A stretch of 64,000 bases of DNA. Source: Nitrospirota bacterium (GTDB taxonomy: Bacteria > Nitrospirota > UBA9217). The translations under genes and the position numbers were made by a program. Location: assembly GCA_963818475.1 (NCBI GenBank), contig CAWFSF010000005.1:544001-608000 (forward strand), written 5' to 3'. Positions 10,129 through 20,776 of the stretch are shown piece after piece (the first letter of the stretch is position 1; the number at the start of each line of letters is the position of its first letter). The notes under the pieces are model-generated. The model did not search any database and was not told the origin of the DNA. It saw only the letters and a program-made list of their open reading frames with translations.

Positions 10129-11492
10129 CTATTTCTTGAAATCCCCGACATTGATCCCGTGTTTCTTCAGCAGAACATAAAGATCCGCACGATACTTGCC
10201 GGCAAGGTTGGCGGCGCTGCTCACATTGCCCTGGGCGATCTCCAGAATACGGCTCAGGTAGGTCTTTTCAAAAGCGTCCTTGGCCTCCTTCAGCGGCTTG
10301 ATCGTCTGCTTCCACACTGACGGATTTCGCAGGCAGTATGAGGTCCTCGGAGATCACGTCCTCCTTGGTCATGGCGACAGCGTATTCAATGGTGTTCTCC
10401 AGTTCCCGGACGTTGCCGGGCCAGTCGTGGACCATCAGCCGCTGCATGGCCGCAGGCGTCAGACCCTTCACCTTCCTGCCCATCTGCTCGCCGTATTTTT
10501 TTATAAAATGACTGACCAGGAGCGGAATGTCGTCCCTTCGCTCCCGGAGCGGCGGCAGCAAAATGGGAATGACATGGATGCGGTAATAGAGGTCGTCGCG
10601 GAAGGTCCCCTGCCGGACCCCCTCTTCCAGGTCCTTGTTCGTTGCCACGATCACCCGCACATCGACCTGCACGGGCTGGTCCGCGCCGACCGGGTGGAAC
10701 TGCCGCTCCTGCAGCACACGGAGGAACTTGGCCTGTATCGAGAGCGGCATGTCGCCGATCTCGTCCAGAAAGATCGTGCCTCCCTGGGCCTGAACAAAGA
10801 GCCCGCGCGAGCTCTTGATCGCTCCCGTGAACGAACCCTTTTCGTGGCCGAAGAGCTCGCTTTCGAGCAGCGTCTCCGGAAGAGCGGCGCAGTTGATTGC
10901 GACAAAAGGCTGGTCCCTCCGCTGGCCCGCAAGATGGATGGCGCGCGCAACCAGCTCCTTGCCCGTGCCGCTTTCGCCGTGGATATAGACCGTGGAGTCG
11001 GTCGGGGCGATGTGCGAAACGGTCTCGAGCACCCGCTGCATGACGCCGCTGCGCGCCACGATGTTGTCGAAGCCGTAGCGTTCGCCCAGAAGGTCCTTGA
11101 GCCGGCTGACCTCGGAGGAGAGCCGACCGGTCTCCAGCGCGCGCTCGATATGCAGCAGCAGTTCCCGTGCATCGAAAGGTTTTGGTCAGATAGGTATAGG
11201 CCCCGCGCCGCATCGCCTCCACCGCGGTCTCGATGCTTCCATGGGCGGTCAGGATGATGGCCGGCATCTCCGGGTTCACCTGGCGCAGCTCCTCCATGAG
11301 CGATATGCCGTCCTGATTCACCAGTTGCAGGTCGATGACGGCTAGGTCGAAGGTATTCCGCTGTACCGCTTCCTTTGCCTCATCCTCGTCGGCTGCTGCG
11401 GTCACCTCATAGTGCGCCGATTCCAGCCGCATCCGCATCAGCTCCAGCAGGTTCCGGTCGTCGTCAATGATCAATAATTTCGCTGTTGGCAT
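10129..11492 (-). CDS. glrR: GlrR/QseF-like sigma-54 response regulator (split by indels)
   Basis: REC with ILTAHGSI; GESGTGK; GSFTGA; tail [15 protein letters not shown]...[18 protein letters not shown]. Confidence 0.75.
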
Positions 11493-11500
11493 GATCACTC

Positions 11501-11953
11501 CTACTTGGTCAGCACTTTCTTCATCTCTTCGATCTTCATATCCACCCGCTTCGACTTTTCCATGGTGTCCAGGACATCGATCCAGATCTTCGCTTCCTCA
11601 ACCAGCACGCTTCGCGGATATTCCCGCACCAGGCGCGTAAAATAGCCCTGCGCCTTCCGGTAGTCCTTCTTAGGGTTTTTGTTATGGGCGTACAACAGCC
11701 CCAGTTCGAACAACAGCTCGCCGGTCTTGCGCTCCGTGCCGGGACGGGCAAGGGCGTCCTGGTACACACGCACCGCGCCGTCAAAATCGCCCCGGTCGAT
11801 CTGTGCCCGCGCATCCTGCAGGCGGACGCAGGGTGGCGCTGCCGGCTTCTGGTCGGGCTTCAGCCGTGCGCTGCAGCCGGTTCCCGCAAGCGCGACGATG
11901 CAGGCAAGACCATAGTAAAGATACTCCCTCGTCCAACTTCGCTTTCCACCCAT
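11501..11953 (-). CDS. TPR lipoprotein at the QseG-like position
   Basis: LAGTGC lipobox-like signal, TPR-like helices, lies between kinase and regulator; SD GGAGG. Confidence 0.75.
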   Translation of the reverse strand: MGGKRSWTREYLYYGLACIVALAGTGCSARLKPDQKPAAPPCVRLQDARAQIDRGDFDGAVRVYQDALARPGTERKTGELLFELGLLYAHNKNPKKDYRKAQGYFTRLVREYPRSVLVEEAKIWIDVLDTMEKSKRVDMKIEEMKKVLTK

Positions 11954-13341
11954 ACCCTGCCTCCGTGATCCTGTACGATATGTTTGACGATCGCCAGCCC
12001 GAGGCCGGTCCCCTGCAGCTTGTGCGCGCCGGCGACAACAGCCTGACGGTACTTGTCGAAAATGACCGCGGCATGCTCCGGCGGGATGCCGGGCCCCGTG
12101 TCCGTTACCGATATGGCCACGCCGTTCCCGTCCGGGCGGGAGGCAATGGTCACGGTCCCGCCCCGGGGCGTGAATTTCAATGCATTGCCGATCAGGTTCC
12201 GCAGCGCCTGCAGGAAGCGCTCGGCATCGAGCGGCACCAACGGCAGGGCGTGCAGGTCCTTTTCGACCGTGATGCGCTTCGCCTCCGCCAGGGGAGTGAC
12301 CTCCTTAATGGCCCGCAGCACCAGCGGATTAAGGTCGGTTGTCGAAAAATTGTACGCCACCATGCCCGCTTCGAGCTTTGCAATATCGAGCAGGGAGTTG
12401 ACGAGGTCGATGAGCCGGTTGCTCTCCTCGGCGATGATCGACAGGATCTTCTTCTGCTTTTCCGTTACCTCGCCGACCTGCCCCTCAAGGAACAGGTTCG
12501 TGCCCTCCTTGATCGACGTCAGGGGCGTGCGCAGTTCGTGCGACATGAGGGCGTAGAAATCGGATTTCATTTTGTCCACGGTCTTCAGCTTCTCGCACAT
12601 CAGGTTGAAGGACTCGCCCAGGGCGGCGATCTCGGGCGGGGAGGTCAGGGCGAGGTCGCCTTCGTAGATCCCGCTGCTGATCTCCGCGGTCTTCCGCTTC
12701 ATCACGGCAAGCGGCGTGGTGATGCTCGCCGTGATGATGAGGGAAAGCACCACGCCGAAAATGAGGGCCGCCGAGGTCGTCACCATGGCAGCATTGATCG
12801 CCCGGACGCCGGCCTTGTTCAATTGGTGCACCTTGCTGAAGATGCTCTTCTGGCTCAGGACCCTGACCTGCAGCAGCTCGCTCATCAGGGAGTCCACGGC
12901 TTTTTCCTTCGCTTCATTGAACCGGGCCGCGTCGTACTTCTTCCCGGACTGGATATAGCCGGCCTCCTCGTTGAACAGCGCCTGATAGAACCGGTGGAAA
13001 TTCAGGACCCGCAGAATGACGGCCCGCATTTCGGCGGTATCCGCTATCCGTGCCGCCTCGTCGAGATACTGCTCGAACTCCGTCCGGGAGGCGAGGAAAT
13101 TATCGTACAGGGCCTGGTCGCGCAATATCGTGTACTTTTTGTCGTACCGCGTCTCCGACAGCAGGGCGTCGGACAATTTGTTGTGGAGGTCCAGAAAGGG
13201 GTTGTCCACGAGGATGATGGAATGGGTGACGTCGCGCATCTGCCCGAGTTGGATGATGGCGTACACACTGACGCCGGTGGCCAGGACCAGGACGACCACG
13301 TACCCGACCATTAATCTGAAAAAAATACTCCGCTTCTTCAT
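11860..13341 (-). CDS. glrK: GlrK/QseE-like membrane sensor histidine kinase (TM-periplasmic-TM-HAMP-HisKA-HATPase)
   Basis: SHELRTPL, NALKF, DTGPGI, GTGLGL; operon order kinase-lipoprotein-regulator. Confidence 0.75.
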   Translation of the reverse strand: MKKRSIFFRLMVGYVVVLVLATGVSVYAIIQLGQMRDVTHSIILVDNPFLDLHNKLSDALLSETRYDKKYTILRDQALYDNFLASRTEFEQYLDEAARIADTAEMRAVILRVLNFHRFYQALFNEEAGYIQSGKKYDAARFNEAKEKAVDSLMSELLQVRVLSQKSIFSKVHQLNKAGVRAINAAMVTTSAALIFGVVLSLIITASITTPLAVMKRKTAEISSGIYEGDLALTSPPEIAALGESFNLMCEKLKTVDKMKSDFYALMSHELRTPLTSIKEGTNLFLEGQVGEVTEKQKKILSIIAEESNRLIDLVNSLLDIAKLEAGMVAYNFSTTDLNPLVLRAIKEVTPLAEAKRITVEKDLHALPLVPLDAERFLQALRNLIGNALKFTPRGGTVTIASRPDGNGVAISVTDTGPGIPPEHAAVIFDKYRQAVVAGAHKLQGTGLGLAIVKHIVQDHGGRVWVESEVGRGSIFTMVLPASSRLREPAAAHG

Positions 13342-13622
13342 ACAACCTCATCCGTTCTGCACGGTTATAACGTAAGTATACAACTTGAAAAGGCAGTTGA
13401 CAGGGATCACTGCGGATAAGATTCGGATACGGAAAACCTGAACAGCCCTGTTGAACCGAAAAAAGCATTTGACACGTAAGGACGGTTAAGCATACGGATA
13501 CACACGACCAATTGTCAACCTGATCAAATTAAACTGTTTCCGTTTTACGCGGTGTAAGTGGGATATGGCAGTGAATTCGGTTCGGTGATAGGGCGCATGG
13601 CCGGACAGGCGGAGGCGCCTGA

Positions 13623-14333
13623 TCAGAACAAACGGGAAAGCAGGGCGGGCACAGCGGTCTCGACGTTCAGGATCCGCTGTCCGAGGCTTACCAGCGTACA
13701 TCCAGCAGCCCTCAGTTTTTCGATCTCATAGGGGATAAAACCTCCCTCAGGCCCGATGATAAGGGTCGCGGCCCCGCTGAGGCCGCGGGGACAGGGCGCG
13801 TCTGCCGCCGGGTGCGCCACCAGGGGGGCGGTATTCCGGATCAGGACGGGAAGCTCGTCCTCCACAAAAGGCTTGAACTGACGCCGGAGCATGACGGCGG
13901 GAAGGACCGTATCGCGTGCCTGCTCCAGGCCGAGCGCCAGCTGTTCGTTGATCGCCTCCTGCTCAAGGAAGGGGCTCTGCCAGAAGCTCTTTTCCACGCG
14001 GAAGCAGTTGAGCAGCATGATCCGCTTCACCCCGAGCGTTGCTGCGGACCGGAGCACGCGCCGCAGCACCTTGGGCCGCGGCAGCGCCAGGATGAGCGTT
14101 GCAGGAAGCGGCACCGGCGGCGCCTGATCCAATCGCACGTCCATTTCAAGGACCGCATCATCGAGCGCCGTCACTCTGCCAATGCCGATGTTCCCGTTCA
14201 AAAGCCCGACGCAGAGCTCGTCGTTGACGGACACGCGCAGAACCTCCCGCACGTGCCTGAGGCGGCGGCCGGTGAGCCGCACGCGGCCGGTGGTATCAAT
14301 AAAGTCTTCTTTAAAAAGGAGGATGAGATTCAT
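13623..14333 (-). CDS. rsmE: 16S rRNA (uracil1498-N3)-methyltransferase
   Basis: IIGPEGGF...SLGQRILNVETA SPOUT motif. Confidence 0.88.
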   Translation of the reverse strand: MNLILLFKEDFIDTTGRVRLTGRRLRHVREVLRVSVNDELCVGLLNGNIGIGRVTALDDAVLEMDVRLDQAPPVPLPATLILALPRPKVLRRVLRSAATLGVKRIMLLNCFRVEKSFWQSPFLEQEAINEQLALGLEQARDTVLPAVMLRRQFKPFVEDELPVLIRNTAPLVAHPAADAPCPRGLSGAATLIIGPEGGFIPYEIEKLRAAGCTLVSLGQRILNVETAVPALLSRLF

Positions 14334-14441
14334 GGTTCAAGATGCAAGATTCATGATGCATGATGGCAACTCAGAACCGAGCTGTTGGATTTCTTTTACC
14401 GATGTAAGTCCTGCATCCTGCATCCTCTTCCCTGCCCCCTA

Positions 14442-14861
14442 TCACTCAGAATATGCCGCGCTCCGCATCTTCTTGACACTGCCCCGCTGCTTCTTAGCCT
14501 CGATGCGTTTTTCCTTCGACGCTTTTGACGGCTTGGTCTTTTTTCGCGGCTTCGGCCGCTCCGTTGCTTTCCGGATCAGCTCCACGAGCCGTGCGATGGC
14601 GTCTTCGCGGTTCCGCTCCTGGGTGCGGTGCTGCCGCGCCTCGATGATGAGGATGCCTTCCTGCGTGATGCGCCTGCCTGCCAGACGGATCAGGCGCGTC
14701 CGCACATCCCCGGGAAGGGAGGGCGAATTGCCCACATCGAACCGGAGCTGCACTGCCGTTGAGACCTTGTTCACGTTCTGGCCGCCCGGGCCCGAGGCCC
14801 GGATGAACTGCAGCTCGATCTCGCGCTCTTCAAGCGCTATGTTCCGCGTCACCTGGATCAT
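14442..14861 (-). CDS. arfB: Alternative ribosome rescue factor B
   Basis: RASGPGGQNVNKV, basic C-terminal tail. Confidence 0.95.
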   Translation of the reverse strand: MIQVTRNIALEEREIELQFIRASGPGGQNVNKVSTAVQLRFDVGNSPSLPGDVRTRLIRLAGRRITQEGILIIEARQHRTQERNREDAIARLVELIRKATERPKPRKKTKPSKASKEKRIEAKKQRGSVKKMRSAAYSE

Positions 14862-14904
14862 GTTCCTCCTGCGATATCTCTGTTCGAATAAGATTGAAAA
14901 GAGC

Positions 14905-15052
14905 AGTTGGACGCAGATAAAATCTGATGAACGCAGATAAAGACAGACAAAAAAAATTACTACTAAATGAAGACTCAACCTTTGTGGTGAAAGTTCTTTC
15001 ACCTGAATGCCTGGTTTTATCTGCGAAAATCTGTGATAATCTGCGTCCTACT
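14905..15052. repeat. 9-mer palindromic intergenic element
   Basis: ggacgcagataaaatctgatgaacgcagat ... atctgcgaaaatctgtgataatctgcgtcc. Confidence 0.7.
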
Positions 15053-15127
15053 GTCGTTTTAGAATGATGCCAGTATACCCGGTTACTACCGGCATGGCAA
15101 GACTGGCAGCTGCCGCTCGAACTGAAA

Positions 15128-15158
15128 AGAAAGGCAGCCTCCGTGGGCTGCCTTTGTC
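15128..15158. terminator. Intrinsic terminator-like hairpin
   Basis: aaaggcagcc-tccgt-gggctgccttt. Confidence 0.6.
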
Positions 15159-15206
15159 TAACAAATGATCCCGAATTTTTTTATCAGGTGAAACCGAAGC
15201 TAAGAC

Positions 15207-15316
15207 CTTTGACACTGATAACGGCGGATTTATTTATGATTAAGGCGGACACGAGAAGGACGTTGACGTATCTGTGAAAATCCGATTTTTATCAGATTTG
15301 ATCCGTGTCAAAGACT
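15207..15316. repeat. 9-mer palindromic intergenic element
   Basis: ctttgacactgataacggcggat ... atccgatttttatcagatttgatccgtgtcaaag. Confidence 0.7.
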
Positions 15317-15346
15317 TCTTTCGGTTTCGGTCCTCCGAAGATCCGT

Positions 15347-16881
15347 TCAGCCGTGATGCTTCATTTCCGTGGCGAGATACAGTTTCCGGATCTCTTTCTT
15401 CAGGATCTTGCCTGTTGCGGTCCGCGGCAGCTCGTCGATCATCAGGAAGCGGCGCGGGATCTTATAGTGGGCCACATGCTCGGAAAGGAACTCGCGGAAT
15501 TCTCTGGGCGTCGCCTGGCTGCCCGTCCTTCTGTACGACGTACATGATCGGGATCTCTTTGTCCTCGCCGTGCAGTACGCCGATCATGGCGCAGTCCTTG
15601 ACCGCGCTGTGGCGGTACAGCACTTCTTCGACCTCGAAGGGGTAGACATTCAGGCCGTCGACGATGATCATGTCCTTTTTCCGGTCGATGATCTTGATAT
15701 ACCCGTCCTCATCGAGCGCTGCGATGTCGCCCGTAGAGAGCCAGTTGTCGCGGATGGCCTTGGCGGTGTCTTCCGGCCGGTTCAGGTACCCGGTCATCAC
15801 GTTCGGGCCTTTCACCAGCAGCTCGCCCGGCACGCCCGCGGCAAGGGGCTTGCCCTCATCGTCCACGACCCGCACCTCGATGCCGGGCAGCGGCAGGCCG
15901 ACCGTGCCGGGCCTCCGCCTGCCATGGTCGTCGGGATTGATCGACACGACCGGCGACGCCTCGGTCAGGCCATAACCTTCGAGCAGCGGGACCTTGAAGG
16001 CGGCTTCGAAGTCCCTGATCACCTTCACCGGCAGCGGTGCAGCGCCGGAAACGCAGAGCCGCAGGTTCAGCAGCATCTTGACCAGGAAGGGCATGTTCTT
16101 CTCCGCCAGGATCTTGTAGACCGTGGGGATCGCGACGAACAGCGTGATCCGGTCCAGGATGAGGCGCTTCACGACGCGCGAGAAGGGCCGGACCGCCGGC
16201 AGGAGCGAGATGAGCGACCCCGTGACGAGCGGTATAACGACGCAGACGGTAAAGGTGAACGAGTGGAACAGCGGCAGAAAAACGACGAACCGGTCCTTGT
16301 GGGAAATATGGATCGCCGCGGCGCAGGCGAGCGCGTTCGCCATGATGTTCCGGTGCGTCAGGAGCGCGCCCTTGGGGCTGCCGGTGGTGCCGGACGTATA
16401 GAGAATGGTCGAGAGGTCGTCGACGCCGTGCACGGGTGCAGGCACGATCGGCATGGCCCCGCCAGCGGCGCTCGCAACGTCGCCCAGCAGGACATAGGAG
16501 CGGGAGCTTTTCCCCCTGAGCTTCTCGACGGTGCCGCTGCATTCGCGGTCGAAAAAGCAGGTCTCTGCGCCTGCATCGTTCAGGATAAAGTCGATCTCTT
16601 CATGCGTCAGGAGGTTGTTCAGCGGCAGGACAATGCCGCCTGCCCGGATGATACCAAAGTAGGCCGCCACGTAATGCGGATTGTTCTGGGAGAGGAGCGC
16701 CACCCGGTCGCCCGCGCCTCGAACCTTGTCCAAGGAGGTAGGCCGCGTAAACTCCCGCGAGCCGGTCCATCTCCTGAAAGGAGAAAGCGGCGCCTTCGAA
16801 CTTGATGAAGGTCTTGCGGCCGGAGAGCCGGGCCCGTTGCTGCAGCAACTGGTCAAGGGGAAGCAGTTCCTTAATCATCAT
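15347..16881 (-). CDS. Long-chain fatty acid-CoA ligase (split by indels)
   Basis: YTSGTTGSPKG, EGYGLTE, TGDIA, DRKKDMII, TATGKILK. Confidence 0.9.
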
Positions 16882-17053
16882 GGCGCGAAGTATAGCATAG
16901 TCCCCCTGTAAGGTGAAACAAAAAAGCGCAGAAACGCATTCGCCGCCCGTGCCGCAAGGCACGTAGCCCCTTGACATCATACAAGACTTGTTCTATCCTA
17001 ATTATAGGACATGCCGAACGCTCAATGGCTATGTGCTTTCAGGAGGTGGCAGT

Positions 17054-17584
17054 ATGGAGAGAAAAGGGATCATAACCATGAGGGGAAAAGCGTTGACCCT
17101 GATCGGGCCGGACCTGACGATCGGCGCCAAAGCGCCCGATTTCAGTGCGCTGGACAAGGACCTGCAGGAAGTAAAATTGAGCGATTATGCAGGCAAGATC
17201 AAGGTGATCAGCGTGACACCATCGCTGGATACTCCGGTCTGCGACCTGCAGGCGCGGCGGTTCAACCACGAAGCGTCCCTGCTGCCGTCGGATATCGTGG
17301 TGCTGAACATCAGCATGGACCTGCCCTTCGCCATCGCGCGGTTCTGCACCATCGCCGGGATCGAAAAGATCATAGCGCTGTCGGACCACCGGGACGGTTC
17401 TTTCGGCGAAGCCTACGGCGTCCTGATCAAGGAGCTCCGCCTGCTCGCCCGCTCGGTCTTTATCCTGGACAAGGATGACATCGTGCGCTACCGGGAGATC
17501 GTACCGGAGCAAACCAACCATCCGGATTATGAAATGGCGCTCAAAGCGCTGGCTGCCCTGACGGGGGTGGCAAAGGCGGCGTGA
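17054..17584 (+). CDS. tpx: Thiol peroxidase
   Basis: [22 protein letters not shown]; SD AGGAGG. Confidence 0.93.
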   Translation: MERKGIITMRGKALTLIGPDLTIGAKAPDFSALDKDLQEVKLSDYAGKIKVISVTPSLDTPVCDLQARRFNHEASLLPSDIVVLNISMDLPFAIARFCTIAGIEKIIALSDHRDGSFGEAYGVLIKELRLLARSVFILDKDDIVRYREIVPEQTNHPDYEMALKALAALTGVAKAA

Positions 17585-17603
17585 GTGCGGGCGTGCGGAA
17601 ATA

Positions 17604-17638
17604 AAAAAAGGCAGGTTCCGCTGGTACGGAGCCTGCCT
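17604..17638 (-). terminator. Terminator between convergent tpx and csp
   Basis: aaaaaaaggcaggttccg...cggagcctgcct. Confidence 0.65.
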
Positions 17639-17657
17639 GAAGTGTGTAGCTGTGGTC

Positions 17658-17859
17658 CTAGAGCTTTTACGACATTTGCCGCTTTGGGGCCTTTGGGGCT
17701 GTCAACGACATCAAAGGTCACACTCTGACCTTCGGCCAGCGACTTAAAGCCGCTGTCCTGGATGTCGGAGAAATGGACGAACACATCTCCGCCGTCTTCC
17801 TTGGTAATGAATCCAAAGCCCTTGGCGTCATTGAACCATTTCACGGTTCCATTTGCCAT
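17658..17859 (-). CDS. cspA: Cold-shock protein (stop obscured by a homopolymer indel)
   Basis: [18 protein letters not shown]...VFVHFS. Confidence 0.9.
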
Positions 17860-18091
17860 TCCAGTCTGAACCTCCTTCTGTGAAATTTGAAGATAACGGA
17901 ACTGTGGCACAAATAAAGCCGCAAAGAGGTGTCTTTGCGGCCTGCTGTGTAACAAAGACTTCCGAACTTCGAGACATATTTTTTCATACCGGAAAATAAA
18001 AGTCAAGAATTTTTATCTCCCGGACGGTTTGGACGAACGCCGGGCCTCTGGTGTATACTGTAAGGAAATCACCGCATCAGGAAGGAGGATC

Positions 18092-19935
18092 ATGGCCGGA
18101 AAACGGACAGCAACCTTCGCAAGATCGGACAGACCACGTGGGACCTCACAGCCGCTGTTCAAAAACGACAGCGACCCGCTCATGGAGAAGAAGCGGAAGC
18201 GCGTTGAGAAGCAAAGCTACGCAGTTCATCAACGCCTGGAAGGACCGGACCGACTACCTGGAGGACCCGGTGGTGCTGCGCCAGGCCCTCGACCAGTACG
18301 AAGCATGGAAAGGCCGCTGCGGCACTGACGGCGACGAGGGATACTATTTCTGGCTCAGGACCCAGCAGGACCAGAACGATCCGAAGCTCAAGGCGCAGTT
18401 CAACAAGGTCGAGGCCTTCAGCAAGAAGATCGAGAACGACAGCCAGTTCTTTTATCTGCGCATCGCCCGGATCAAGCCGGAACAGCAGCAGAAGTTCCTG
18501 CAGCACGAGTCGCTCCGGAAGTACCGCCACTTCCTGGAACGGGTCTTTGCGGAATCGCGGTTCCATCTGAGCGAACCCGAGGAAAAGATCCTGAACCTCA
18601 AGGCTTCGACGTCCTACGCCAACTGGACAAAGATGACCTCGGGCTTCCTGTCAAAAGAGGAGCGCGTCATTGTTGCCGAGGACGGGACCCGCAAACCGCG
18701 TCTCCTTTTCCGAGATCGTGGGGCTCATGAACAGCAGGACGCAAACCGGTCCGGGATGCGGCAGCCGCGGCCTTCAACGACATCCTGCACAAGCACGTGG
18801 AGGTTGCCGAGGCGGAGCTCAACTCGGTGCTCCAGAACAAGAAGATCGATGACGAGCTCCGGGGCACGTCGCGGCCCGACCAGCTGCGCCATCTGAGCGA
18901 CGACATCGAGAGCGAGGTCGTGGACACGCTGATCGATTCCGTCTCGAGCCGGTTTACGATATCCTCCCGGTACTACGCGCTCAAGGCAAAACTGCTGAAG
19001 ATCAAAAAGCTCAAGTACCACGAACGGAACGTCGAGTACGGCGAAGTGGCAAAGAAGTACCCCTATCGCACGGCCGCTGAACCTCGTCCACTCCGTCATG
19101 AACAAGCTCGACCCGCAGTTCGGCAGGATCTTCGCCGGGTTCATCGAACACGGCCAGATCGACGCGCTCCCCAAAAAAGGCAAGGACAGCGGCGCGTTCT
19201 GCATCCACCATCTCATGACCCAGCCCACCTACATCCTGCTGAACCACACCGGCACGCTGCACGATGTGCTGACCATCGCGCACGAACTGGGTCACGGCAT
19301 CAACAACGAACTGATCCGTGAAAAGCAGCATGCCCTCGATTTCGGCACCCCGACCTCGACCGCCGAGGTGGCCAGCACCTTCATGGAGGACTTCGTGCTG
19401 GACGAGATCCTGCACACGGCCGACGACGAGCTGCGGCTTGCCATCATGATGCAGAAACTGAACGACGACGTCTCGTCCATCTTCAGGCAGGTGGCCTGCT
19501 ATCGCTTCGAGCAGGAGCTGCACCGGGAATACCGCAAGCGGGGATATCTGTCCAAGGAGGAGATCGGGGCGCTCTTCAGCAAGCACATGGAAGCCTACAT
19601 GGGACCTGCGGTGGAGCAGTCGGCCGGCGCCGAGAACTGGTGGGTCTACTGGAGCCACATCCGCTACTTCTTCTACGTCTATTCCTATGCAAGCGGACTT
19701 TTGATCTCCAAGTCGCTCCAGGCCGGGGTGAAGAAGGACCCGGCATACATCACGAAGGTAAAGGGTTTTCTTTCAGCAGGGCTGTCGGACTCCCCGAAGA
19801 ACATCTTTCTGAAGCTCGGCGTTGACATCGCGGACAGACGAGTTCTGGGACCGGGGGCTGGATCAGGTGGAAAAGCTGTTGAATGAGACAGAGGCGCTGG
19901 CGAAGAAGATGGGGAAGATAAAGGCAGGCCGCTAG
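18092..19935 (+). CDS. pepF: M3 family oligoendopeptidase F (split by indels)
   Basis: GKDSGAF, AHELGH, AEVAS, HIRYFFYVYSYA. Confidence 0.85.
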
Positions 19936-19974
19936 GGCGGGCGTATCGGCAAACGCATGACCTTTAAAAAAGCA

Positions 19975-20116
19975 TTTGGACACTGATAAAATCGGATAAG
20001 AGGCGGATAACGGCGGATTTTTCTTTGACGCGAGGTTCACCCATTAGGTGAGTGCTTTTGCTTTAGAATTTATCCGTGTAAATCAGATATTAATCCGCCT
20101 CTTCCGTGTCCAGGTT
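19975..20116. repeat. About 140 bp palindromic element with central ttcaccc-atta-ggtga hairpin
   Basis: Near-copy of 23993-24130. Confidence 0.8.
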
Positions 20117-20177
20117 TTTAGATTGACTGACCCGGACAAGCCGGAACAACCTGGAAGAGCCTACATCAGAGCAAAAC

Positions 20178-20615
20178 TTAAAACTCGATTAGCGTTGCAT
20201 CCTTCTCGCGCATATTGTCGGCGATCGTCCAGAACCGTGCCATGCCGTGAGGCAGCCGCAAAAGAATGAACTCCGGGCTGTCAGCGGTAAAATCCTTGAG
20301 GTAGCTCTTTTCCTCGATCAGCTTCTGCTTCTTTTCGCGGTCATCCACGAATTCGATCGTACCGGCGATGCGCAGCATGATGCCGAAACCCGACGTGAGA
20401 TAGCAGAGCTCGACCTTCGGATTCCTGACCAGTTGTTTATACACATCCTTGGGCGCGCCGGTCGTGAAGTATATCCTGTCGTCATCAAAGAAGACCGTGA
20501 AGAATCCGCGCACGCGCGGCTGGTCAGCCTCAATAGTCGCCAGCATGCAAACGGGGTTCTTTTTGATAAACTCGACAACATCACGGTATGAAGACATCTG
20601 ATTCCGTTTCCGCAT
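20178..20615 (-). CDS. Pyridoxamine 5'-phosphate oxidase-like FMN-binding protein
   Basis: LATIEADQPRVR...YFTTGAPKDVYKQLVRNPKVELC. Confidence 0.85.
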   Translation of the reverse strand: MRKRNQMSSYRDVVEFIKKNPVCMLATIEADQPRVRGFFTVFFDDDRIYFTTGAPKDVYKQLVRNPKVELCYLTSGFGIMLRIAGTIEFVDDREKKQKLIEEKSYLKDFTADSPEFILLRLPHGMARFWTIADNMREKDATLIEF

Positions 20616-20776
20616 AGAAGCTCCCGACCACGAGACACAGAGAACAGCAAAGACCCTTTAACACTGAAAAGCCATGATGTCTTATGATTACCACGGATAC
20701 ATCATAAAAAATCAGTGAAAATCAGTGTCAAAAATGAGATTCGTGTCTTGATGACCGTGGCCCCTTTTTATTCCAC

